DNA of 63,124 nucleotides, filler included, from Choristocarpus tenellus KU-1152 (taxonomy: Eukaryota; Protista; Phaeophyceae), in assembly GCA_964200185.2 (NCBI GenBank). It is 11 parts of 11 records of this genome, joined end to end, with 100 filler letters (N's around TTAATTAATTAA, not from the genome) between each part and the next. Parts side by side here need not be neighbours in the genome. Positions count along the whole stretch, not along the records: positions 51,103 to 58,695 come from CAXNAD020005910.1; positions 58,796 to 63,124 come from CAXNAD020015093.1; 9 more parts are not named here. One strand, 5' to 3'. Of the stretch, positions 52,780-63,124 are shown in pieces (position 1 is the stretch's first letter; every line of letters starts with the position of its first letter). The position numbers were made by a program, and so were the translations under genes. Below the pieces are notes generated by a model. The model did not search any database. It worked only from the letters and a program-made list of their open reading frames with translations, and was not told the origin of the DNA.

Positions 52780-55260
52780 ATCCCTATAGGCTACGATCAT
52801 CTTTGCACATTCAGGTATTTTAGCGAGTTTGCGTCATACATCATTGGTCGGTGAATATCCCTGAAAGCGAAGCTGGTATAAATAATTGTGGGTGGTCTTT
52901 CTTCCTACACCTCGCTTATGGTCAACAATGCCCTCTACATTGTAAGACCCAATAGTTGGCTGTATCTTTGACCCCTGAATAAGATTTGGTTCAGGTAATA
53001 CCCGGCCTAAAAAGAGTGAATTAAGGGCATCTATGTCAGGTTCTGTCTTTTCCTTCCTTATAGGGTTTAAGTCTGGCGACATGAACTGTCACTTCACGTA
53101 GGTCTTCCAAGCGCTTTACACGATAAACAACGGGTGTTATACGTGCCTTCACTTCATAAGGTCCTCTCCATGGGGACAATAACTTGGGGTTCGGTGCATC
53201 AGCTGAAGTATGTGGTTTGTAAAGACACACTTTACCTCCGGGTCTGTATAGTGGGAGTTTATGGTTCACGTTCTTATATTCGTTCCTTAGAGCCACCTCA
53301 CCAATATTACACCGGGCTAATTCATAGGCCAGCTGTAAATTCTCCACTACTCTCGTATTGCATTCTGGGTTATGGGGGTAGCCTCAGGGACCCCCAAAAT
53401 AAGATCAATTGGTAAAATTATGCGCCTCCCTAACATGAGAAAAAATTGGGTTTCTTGAACAGTGGTGTTATAGCCCGTATTGTGTGCTAACTGTACAAAG
53501 AGCAATAATGAGGCCCAGTAAGATTGGTCCATATTTGAATACATGGCCAGCATATCATGCATCGTGGAATGAATTCGTTGACATATGCTATTTATTGCCT
53601 TGCGGTCGATATGCCGTTGTCTTAGTTTTATGATATCCATACACTTTACGCAACTCAGCCAGGAGTTTATTCTCAAATTCTCTGCCTTGGTCAGAGTCGA
53701 GTGTTTCAGGAGGACCGAAGATGGAAAAAATATGATCGACAAGAGCCTTAGCCACGTTTTTCTCTTGCTTATTTGCAATGCCAACCAAGATTGCGAGTCT
53801 TATGAGATGGTCTACAGCGGATAATCATATTTTGCACTGTCTGACGTGGTCTTATATTGAACTAGGTCAATAGCAAGCCGTTGAAATTGACGTGTAACAG
53901 GCATATGTCCTGTAGGTAGTGGGGTAAGAGTGTGAGTGATCTTCCGTCTTTGACAGGAATAAATGAAAGTATCTTAGAGGGTACGATTTGTTCCCTGTTT
54001 GTCCATTTGGGGCTTGGCTTCCCTCAGAGTTTTTTATGACATTTTCCTACTCCAAAATATTTCGGAATAGGTAAAATGTATACGTTATGAAGTGGCGTGT
54101 CCGGAACAAGGATATTGACATCTCCTGACAAACATGATGGGCAAAATTACATCAAAATCGCAACATTAGATTTTGGTCCCCAAATAGACGCGGCTCTACC
54201 CTCTAAGATCCTTTGACTCTATGGCAAGTTTTACACACCTCTTCCTCACATCTTTATGTAAGGTTAGCCACCAAAGTCTATCTCGAACCCGGTCAATTGT
54301 GTGTTTGAAAGCAAGATGGCCTGCAACTTTATGGTCATTTAGGGCATGTAAAATTAAACCCTGAACCTCCGTTGGGGCTACTAACTGATCACGAAATTCT
54401 CCATTTTTTCGAAGATGACCAGGTTGGTAAGACCGGTAGAGTAAAAGTCTTTTATTTCCTTCCTGAGTGAAAAAATATGACATGGTGTAGGCCGTTTCCT
54501 TATTGGGTAATGTTGCATTACTTGGGTCTGCCAGCTATTGAAAATATGCTCCAAACCGATCATGTTGTGGGCTTTGGCTAGAACTTCCGTATCAATTACT
54601 GGAAAAACATTGATGGAGCCTGCAAAGAGCTCAGAGTCATTTGCCACTTTAGTAATTTCACCTAGTCGATCCACAGACAATTCATAGGCAGGGTATGCCT
54701 TGCTTGAGAACTTGCATTAGTGGTTTTTGTACCCACATTTCGACATACAGGAATTAGGGGTGCTGGTTGAGATTCGTGTTTACAGAATTCTTCCAGTAGA
54801 GGACGTGACAACATATCTGGGATGTAATGTAATCTGCCGGGCTTATAAAGGATGGTAAAATCAAAAATTTGCAAAGCTAAGGCCCATCGAGTTAACAGAT
54901 TGGACGGATCTTGCATCGTATGCAGCTACCGTAAGGCTGAATGACCACTTATAACTGTGAAGTGTTTACCCCAAATATATGGTCTCCAGTGTTCAATTGC
55001 CAGATTAACTGCAAGACACTCTTTTTGTGTAGCAAAATATTTCCGTTGGGAGGGGGAAAGTAAGGCACTATGGTACGCAAATATATCAAAATTGCCATCA
55101 CCATTTTTACGGTTCAGAAACGTCCCTGTCCCAACATTACTGGCATCTACATATATAAAAAAAGTCCTTCGAAAAATCAGGAAAGTGTAGCACTGGAGTG
55201 GTAGTTAAAAGTCGTTTGCACTCGTCAAAAGCAGTTTGCTGTGGTCGATTCCATTGAAGC
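52780..55260 (-). mobile_element. Ty3/Gypsy (chromovirus-like) relic: RT connection/RNase H, integrase, chromodomain
   Basis: AFDECKRLLTTTPVLHFPDFSK; ECLAV...EHWRPYIWGKHFTV; RWALALQIFDFTILYKPG; HHCC region AGHLA...CQRRK; GPPETLDSDQGREFEN; KLLSPWRGPYEV (GPY/F); YNVEGIVDHK...YQLRFQGYSPTNDV (chromodomain). Domain order RH then IN. Confidence 0.95.
53961..54219 (+). mobile_element. MITE family A inside the Gypsy integrase zinc-binding region
   Basis: AAATGAAAGTATCTTAGAGGGTA...TACCCTCTAAGATCCTTTGACTC; TSD degenerate. Confidence 0.92.
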
Positions 55261-56589
55261 CCGTTGTTGATGCGTGTTCGTAGTAATATATTAAAGTTGT
55301 GCTCGCCCATGAGATTTTGTTTGCCGTTTGTTGTCGTGTCTCTAACAACAGGGCCATTTACAGTATTTCGAAGCCCATTAATTATTATTGTAGTAGCAAT
55401 GTCGTTAAACACTGATAGTACAACTATTTACTTGCTGAGTCCAACGTCGTAAACACTCCCACAGTAATGCACGCACAAGGATCAGTGCAGGGTGCAAGGT
55501 GTGGGACGGGGAATTATTCCTAGAGATACCCAGGGCACTTGAGGTAGAAAACGACGGACCTCCTGAACGTGCAAGAGGTGTCTGTAAATTCGAAACGGGA
55601 CAAATCAATACGTGTCATCTCACTGGTCTGGAAGGGGGGAGAGACCGTGCGTTATGGATTCTATGCCTAGGCCCCTTCCAATTATCATACCAAGCACTAC
55701 ATAAGATTATCTCAGGAACACTACACTATGGTATATTCTACACAACAATAGTTTCATTACTATTTTCATTAATAGTATTATCAGTACTATCATCATTATT
55801 TGCTTGGTACACTCCGTGAAAGTGGTACGTTATTCAAGACATCTATTTGATGTGTATACAGATCTTAATAAAAAGGTATACCATAAATATTATTACTCCT
55901 GATCTAAATGTCTGCGTGTATGGTAGTAAGAAACGAAGCGAGCTGTATGTGCGGTTTACACTACTTGAAAGTAATAACGCTCGGCACCGATAGAAGGAGA
56001 GCTTGACCCTCTGCACTCAAGATGGTTCAAGAGTCCCTGCTTTCCCGTCCATCCTAGTCGTAAGCTACAAGGCAAGGGCAGCTATGACAATAGCAATACA
56101 TTACCTAGGTTCTTCTGTTGTCACCTGATTTCAAATTTCCGTTCTTCGGGTGGATCGGAAGCGCAAGGTGCTCTTAATTACTACTCTGTTTCAAGGTAGG
56201 TCCCATATCAGATTTAAAATATATAAACGACCTATCCAATTGTGTGCGATGTTGGCGGCAGGGTTCCTTTAGGGCCCACGCAAGACTTGTGTGTTGTTGT
56301 GCTATTATTGCATCGAACATCTCACGCCGACGGTGGGATCCAGCTGCAACATAAAGGGTGATACTCCTGGTCCACCACAATATACATGCCATAAGTATCG
56401 CGTATGTAGCGACTATCTTCATGGCATTTGCGGCGTCGTGGATCCATTTTGTCTCCAGGGAAATGAAACGCGTGTGGAATATGTGCGTAAGCCCCACCAA
56501 GCGCAAGGCTTTGAGTCCTCCAACTGGTGACAATACGGCGTCGAAGCGCCATGATAACAAGAACAATGGTAATGGGAAGATGCTGCCAA

Positions 56590-57495
56590 ATATATCTATG
56601 GAGAAAGTCTCTCCCTACAAGCCTTGGGGTGCCAAAAATTGTAAACGTTTGAGCTTTGCAGAGAAGGTGGAAGCGCTGAGACTCCTGAAGACCATTACGG
56701 GAACTGCAGTTGCTCAAAAGTTTGGAATCGATCACAGCACCCTCTACAACTTGAAGGTTCTATAATTTGAAGGAGGCAATAACCATCATGGAAAAAGCGC
56801 AGACACTGAAGTCTGATGTAAATTCTACGAGGAGTGCCAAACATGTCGAGGTTGGTCGGCGCGAGGATTGAATGTCTGAAATTAGGTTCATTGTGGTCGT
56901 GATTGAATGGTCTTTCTCCACTATCAGCCGCTGATAAGGATCATGAGTGAATTTTCTGAAATTTTGCGCGCATTTCTGTTGGACTGTAATATCTATACTG
57001 TGTACTGTAGAATCATGATTGGTCATTTTGCTCGTAGAGGTGCGTCCCACAAGCTGTCCCTATATATTAATGAGGATCTCTCTAATGCTCTTGACGCTCT
57101 CCACCTCAAACCCGGCGGAAAACCGTCTCGGGCTTCCATCAACCCAGCAAGAGCGTGGATCGGTATGAAAGACAACAATGAAGTGGCCAATGCGATACTA
57201 GAGGACACGAAAGACCAGCTGCTCGAGAAATTCTTCTACGAATTAGACCATGAAAGCTCGGGTGGCGAGGATGACGATGGGTTAATGGAGGGGGCAGCGC
57301 ATCGGGGGCCGTGAGGAAAGGAGCAGCCTCTTCGGTGTTCTCGATTCCTCCATCGTCGTACTCTCAAGCAGCTGACGAGTTTGCAAGCTTAGAAGCAAAC
57401 CATAGAAGAGTAGTAGCATGAAAGATGTTTCCTACCATCTCCGTAAAGCAAAGGTGGCAATGAAACAAGCGGACATTCCAGGGTTTTGGGGGGAG
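56590..57495 (+). pseudogene. Internally deleted pogo/Tigger-like transposase relic
   Basis: KRLSFAEKVEALRLL...VAQKFGIDHSTLYNLK (CENP-B N-terminal/HTH_psq) and a KQADIPGFW tail like pogo C-termini; DDD core not seen. Confidence 0.6.
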
Positions 57496-57800
57496 TCGCG
57501 ATTTTTTTATAAGCAAATAAGTTGTTTTACTCAGTGCTTGCGATGGGAGGTGCATGGCGGTGCAGCTACATTAGATCCATGGTGGCGTTTTTGATACCGT
57601 ACTGCATAATAACCCCGTAGAGAGCAATTGAATACCTGGGGCAGGGGATTCGGGGGGGATTGGCTTTGAACGTTGATTTGATTTGAACTGGGAGTCGTCT
57701 GTCCAGCCATCCAATGGCTTGCGGATGCTTTTCTCGGGAAGGTGTACTATACATATGAGTTAATACATCGTAATGATTGTAATTTACCAAAGTTACAGTA

Positions 57801-58001
57801 CGGTATACATACGACACTCGTATACTGTGGACCTTGCTATCGATCCCAACGCCCCTCTGCACGACCTCTTCATCGGCCAACCACCTCGTATCCAAGATGC
57901 ACCACCCTACCAGCTCAAGAGCGTTCCCGAAGACGTCATCCTCAAGGTGGAGCAGCGGTACCAGGCGTCGCACGAGCACCTCCCTGCTGCGTACCCACTG
58001 G
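57801..58001 (+). CDS. Exon of an unidentified gene (5' boundary uncertain)
   Basis: TVYIRHSYTVDLAIDPNAPLHDLF...PAAYPL G|GTAAGT; GC-rich open frame with a consensus donor. Confidence 0.5.
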
Positions 58002-58368
58002 GTAAGTCGATTTTTTCGTGAGGGGAGTTGATAGCTAATTTTGGTATTCGGTGGCAGCCAAAATAACTTGGTGCAACTTCTGTAAGAGGCAGCCTTTATC
58101 CCCTTTTCAAAAAGAATATCAAAACATTTTCCATTCTCCTGCATAGTGATCGTCACATGTTACAAAAAAAAGTACAATAGATTACCCCGATAAATGTTTT
58201 GAGGGTACCGGTCTTGTACTCGACATAAACGAATCCGACGAAACATACACCCTCCCTCACACTGCATGCTCCCCGAGCGCATTCGTGAAACCTCACGCCT
58301 GCTTACAAAGTAACATTCATGCTACCATACCGTTGATGTTCTCATGCTCATGGATTCCACCTTCGCAG

Positions 58369-58643
58369 ACGATGAAGCCATTCAGAGAGCGAAACACGAG
58401 CAAAGTGAGTCTGTGCGGCTTCTCAGAAAGACAGGGGAACGACAGTTCGACCTTCCTGTCCATTGGCTTCCCACCGATGACGATGGCGCTGGAACTGGTT
58501 CCCGCGACGTCGAAGATACCAACCAGAGTGAACGCTCGAGTGGAGGAGATAATCTCGTCAGCGGTGACAATGATCTCGGCGGGCTCGACGAAACAGACTC
58601 TTCCTCATCGGACAGCAACAAGGAAGAAGCTGACTCCCGTTGA
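58369..58643 (+). CDS. Terminal exon of the same unidentified gene, acidic Ser-rich tail
   Basis: TTCGCAG|AC GAT completes codon GAC with the upstream phase-1 donor; frame stays open to TGA. Confidence 0.55.
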
Positions 58644-60790
58644 CGGGGTTGGCCTCGTGCTACGTTGACGAACCATGGAAACCTCGTCTCCGTGCNNNNN
58701 NNNNNNNNNNNNNNNNNNNNNNNNNNNNNNNNNNNNNNNTTAATTAATTAANNNNNNNNNNNNNNNNNNNNNNNNNNNNNNNNNNNNNNNNNNNNAATTT
58801 GAGGTGTTCCTAAGTACCAAGTCAGTCAAGCTCAACCCCAATCGCGCTGAACCCATCCAACAACAATACACTTGTGCAGCACTCAAAGATGCATCAACCC
58901 TGGTGGAAGTGCCAGAAGGAATGCGTACCATGGTCAATGGGCATTACAGTGGAACCAGATGATTTCTCAATATCGAGATTCTGAGAGTTGGTCTGAATGG
59001 CGACAGTACTACTCTATACACGGTCTCCATAGGATTGTGCTGACTGTGTAGAGGACCATAAAAACGTACTGCACGCTGGTAAGGATGCGATGGTCAGGAT
59101 GCCCTACAAGAAGAAGGGTCGAACAGATTGTGGTAACAACAGAGAGGCATCTCATTCTCGTTCCTTGCCAAATTCGGAGTGCCTGGGGAGGTCAGGAACG
59201 CCCTTTGTATAGGCTATGTTCTTGCCCCCCTTTTCTTAGGTATTTTGTTTCCTTGCGGCGGTGGTAAGCATAGTGATTGAGGAGTTCAACACTGGCTGAA
59301 TCATCTCCAAGGACCGTTGTTGTTGTCACTTAGGGGGCTGTAAGGATCGGAGGGGGTGCAACGAGAGGGAGTTGTTTAACACTTGATCAGCGCCTGTTGG
59401 GTATGCTTAACGTTGGCGATGCTGAACATTGTGTCTAAGAGACCTAAGAAGAAAGTCTGGCCTTGAGACCGTGTCAGTGACAGTGAAGGCTACTGGGATA
59501 TTCGGGTTGACCATTTCTGAGTTGAAGACAGAAACCATGCGCTTTCGACTTCCCACCGAGGATACAAACGTAATGCAGATGCGGGTTTTGGGGCAGAGGT
59601 ACATGCAGACTAGCATAAATATGTTTACCTTGGAGGCACCATCAGTGACGACATTGATAGCTCATCGCCGCTTGAGATCAGCCAACGGGTTAGAAGATGC
59701 CTTGGGCAGTTTCGAGGACCACAGGTGTATCTCTTCAGCTCAAGATTTGAGTGCTCACGGCTGAAGTACTCGAGGTCTTCCTTTGACATGGTTGTGTGAC
59801 ATGCACACTCCGCCAGTCCAAGTAAGCCACACTTCCATATCACCATAACAAATTCCTCCTTGATCAATATTGGATTTCGCATGTGGGGATGCATAGATCA
59901 CACACTGCCGTACAGAGATGCCCCTTGTGATGACTGCATTTAAAAGTCTCGAATTGACTGTGCGAAAGTCGAGGCACTTGCTCGAGGGTCAGTTGCACGC
60001 ATTGGGAATGAGCAACTACCAAGATCACCTATGTTTGGATAGCTCATCATGGAGGTTAAAGAGTACAGAAGCGAGGTGGATGGGAGAAGCACCACCAGTG
60101 TGTGTCCCTGCGAGACGACCTTGAGGATTTTGGTAGATTATGATTGAGGGATGGAGTACAAGACCAACAAACCAACACACAGGTGATAGGCGTGTACGGC
60201 TGATGGAACTAAGTGCTTAGCAGACGGTCGAGTGCCAGAGATGTTGTGATAGCTGACATACGTCATGTTAAAGCAGGAGTTGAGCCAGCCCAAGGAGATC
60301 AAGGCATGCATGCGCACATCTATAACTGCCTGGTGAGTGCTGAATGTTGTTTTTCTCGCTGGTCTCCAGGTACGAGATACCGGATTTGCCCCTCCCACTT
60401 CAAGGACCCCGTAATGATGATGTTGTCAATAATGGCACCCTGTCTCGACTACTGGGTTCTATTAAAATCATGCGTTGAGCGTTGAACACGAATTTTCTTG
60501 GCTACGAGATTTGTTTCTCTTTCTTCTTCTTCTTCCTTGTTTTTTTTCTCTGTATTTTCTAAGGTATTGCGGTAGAGATTCTCGTCCAACAAACCTCTTG
60601 ACCACGTGTTTTGGGGACTCTCATCAAACCACTGTGAATATGGGCGGTAACATCAACAACAGAAATAGTTATTGTGAAAATGGCGGACAATGTCGGTAAT
60701 AATCTCACACGTGACATCCTATGTGATATATTGTATGTCAATAGTGCAAACAATCGGGCGTTGTTTTTAGGGGTCATTCCATCCCATATT

Positions 60791-60795
60791 AAAAA
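60791..60795 (-). terminator. Pol III oligo-T terminator of tRNA-Phe
   Basis: TTTTT immediately 3' of the discriminator base on the minus strand. Confidence 0.8.
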
Positions 60796-60869
60796 TGCTT
60801 CGAATGTGAGTCGAACACATGGCCTTACGAGCTTCAGTCGTACGCTCTAACCAACTGAGCTACCGAAGC
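60796..60869 (-). tRNA. tRNA-Phe(GAA), intronless, nuclear type
   Basis: GCTTCGGTAGCTCAGTTGGTTAGAGCGTACGACTGAAGCTCGTAAGGCCATGTGTTCGACTCACATTCGAAGCA folds into a full cloverleaf (acceptor GCTTCGG/TCGAAGC, D stem GCTC/GAGC, anticodon stem TACGA/TCGTA, T stem ATGTG/CACAT). G37; no encoded CCA. Confidence 0.96.
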
Positions 60870-61813
60870 TACACTGGATCTTTCATTCCTTGCCACCAAC
60901 ACCTATATTAACTAACGTCAACTACGTTTTGAATATACTCTTCGTAAATATGTATTTATTTAATACTGTATTTCAAAGTAACTCATTACCACATATATTA
61001 TTTTATTATTAGGCCCTCTGACATTTTCCAGATGTGTCACCAGAAAAAACAATGAAATCATGCTGTCTTACAACAACCCAATAAAAAACGATTATTTGAC
61101 AAACCACGCATTTGCGTTCGTGATTTACGACTTCCAAGTTCGGAATCGAAGGAAGAGTCTTCTACATTGGACAAGGGACACTACCTCGTGGTCTTGTTTT
61201 CAAACATCGTTACTACACATACAGTAGTAGTGCTCGTTACCGCTGGTCCCTTAAATATTATCTGTTCCTTTCTTCTACGATCCTTTCGTTGTTGTAGGTG
61301 GGTACATGAGCAAATTTGACTGGATCATACTGTGCCACCTGAACCTTTTGTCCTGCTATCTACGTATGGCAGTTCCTCACCAAAAATGTTCCCCCCTACT
61401 CGCACACCTTGCGGTCGGTCATGTTTGGTGTCAAGGTTCACAAGCAACAATAGAATCGAGGGTTGAAATCTGATCATGCATATGTTCTACAAAAAACATT
61501 TTTCTCACTCACAACACACACTCACACACACACATGCTCATGAGCCACAGCCTATATATAATTCAGGTGGAGCATGATTTTCGATAATGGTCAGTTAGTT
61601 CAACTGCTGCTGTAGAGCTCTCTTTGCAGTACTAGTCTCCGTATATGACTGTGTATGCATGTATGTTTATGAAGAACTTAGCCAGGAAGTGCATCGTGGT
61701 TCAAATTCTTATACAGAACAAACCTCTATAGTTAATAGCAGATATATATCGGGAGAGCATGGATGCTCAATGCCTTGCTTGATTTTGGTATAAACCCCTT
61801 CCAACGAAGGTAT

Positions 61814-62074
61814 GAGTGAAAGTATCTCAGAGGGTACGAGTTTTGCCCTCTTTGTCCGTTTGGGGCTTGGATTCCCATGTTTTTTTCATGACATTTTCCA
61901 ACTCCAAAATGTTTCAGAGTAGGTAAAATGTGTATGTTATTAAAAGGTGTGTCCGGAAAAATGATATCGACACCACTTGCTAACAAAAACGATAGCCAAA
62001 ATCACATCAAAACCGCAACATCGGACTCTGTGCCCCAAATGGACGCGGATCAACCCTCTAAGATAATTTGACTC
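61814..62074 (+). mobile_element. MITE family A, diverged copy
   Basis: GAGTGAAAGTATCTCAGAGGGTA...AACCCTCTAAGATAATTTGACTC; no clean TSD. Confidence 0.9.
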
Positions 62075-63054
62075 TCCTATGATACACACTCACCCTGACT
62101 GTTCTACTCTACAACACTCTTTCGGGTCACAGAGTACTGCACCGATACCCTAGATTTGTTGTATGATACTCCACGATGATGCCTATTCCAATGTGTAAGT
62201 GATTTGTCGCAAAATAGCATCATGCTTCTCTTATCACTATGTCGGATGTATGAAGTTCCTTCGCGTTTTGTGACCAGTTGACAGTGATGCGTATGCATGT
62301 ATCATACAAGACCTGTAGATCTCGTGTTGATATGGAGATTCGACAGGGTAGGGAGTGTTGAAGAAGGGGACATGCATCCTTCGTTCTACTCTTGTAGGTG
62401 ATGCTCCTTTTTCGTATCACGCCCCCTACCTCTTCATCCTGGCATGGCTCCCCCAAAATGCATGTGCTGTTATTTTCATTCTCACAAACAAGCGTTGTTT
62501 GTCTGTCCCCTTGAATACAACCAGGTGCACTATGGATGGTGGAGCATAACATGCACCCCATAGTCAGACCTATCAAGCTGTTTGTGTACAACAACGTGTA
62601 CTTTGGATTACTATTTGGTGAGTAATTATATTTTTTGGGAGGGCATTGGTCAAGCGTGCTGAATCACACATATACCTCTCCCTTCCATAAAGCTCTGAGG
62701 AAACCAGTGACCTCTTTTCGGCAGTACTTTTTGAATTGAGTCTCCTTGTGTCGGTCAGTGGCCGGCATTCCTTTGGAGACATGCAGAAAATCTTGGGAAC
62801 TGGGAAGAAGACCATTCTGAAGACATTCCTAACCTAAGTGCGAACACTTTGATATGATCCAGGAGGACTAAGGCGCAGAAGATCGTCACCAACGCGTGTA
62901 CACCCCCCTCTCGCTGGTGTGAGTACGACGGTAGATGTTGCTTGAGCTCCTGCTATATTGCATTTCACTTTCGTAGGTTACATATACCTGAAATCCATAA
63001 ATCACAACGCTCAGTGGGGAGTATCTGAACATGCACACACCCAACGCTTCTTTT

Positions 63055-63124
63055 GACCCAAAGTATCTGGGAGGGGGGGAGGGTCTACACCAGGGTGTCC
63101 ATTTGGACCAAAATCAGGAAAAGT
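63055..63124 (-). mobile_element. MITE family B, cut by the window end
   Basis: GACCCAAAGTATCTGGGAGGGG...GTCTACACCAGGGTGTCCATTTGGACC, the reverse complement of the family B 3' end. Confidence 0.88.

Noticed and set aside
58796-60470. Minus-strand tract with weak MULE-like words (VVTDGASKVN...PVAFTV)
   Set aside because: Similarity too weak to assign by eye; needs a frameshift-aware HMM search.
60796-60869. tRNA-Phe as an organellar insertion or SINE head
   Set aside because: G37, no encoded CCA, an immediate T5 terminator and no SINE body or organellar neighbours fit an ordinary nuclear tRNA.

Overview
This is eukaryotic nuclear DNA, not one locus. Ten artificial 100-nt spacers (N44-TTAATTAATTAA-N44) join 11 contigs, so adjacency across spacers means nothing. 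Short GT-AG exons, long introns and the retroelement types suggest a stramenopile such as a brown alga (inference only). Host genes: the last four exons of a class II fumarate hydratase, two exons of a FAN/NSMAF-like BEACH protein, one CDC5L/Cef1 exon, two unidentified spliced gene fragments and an intact tRNA-Phe(GAA). Most of the rest is decayed transposable elements: several Ty1/Copia relics, a chromodomain-bearing Ty3/Gypsy, CRE-like non-LTR fragments, and pogo, hAT and Tc1-like remnants. The most notable structure is a dense family of non-autonomous DNA transposons (about 18 copies or ends, three subfamilies). They share the terminus G-N4-AAAGTATCT and have 4-bp target-site duplications (some apparently 3 bp). 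They insert into each other's TIRs and co-occur with a decayed Sola2-type DDD transposase that is a plausible mobiliser. No CRISPR or prokaryotic system is supported.
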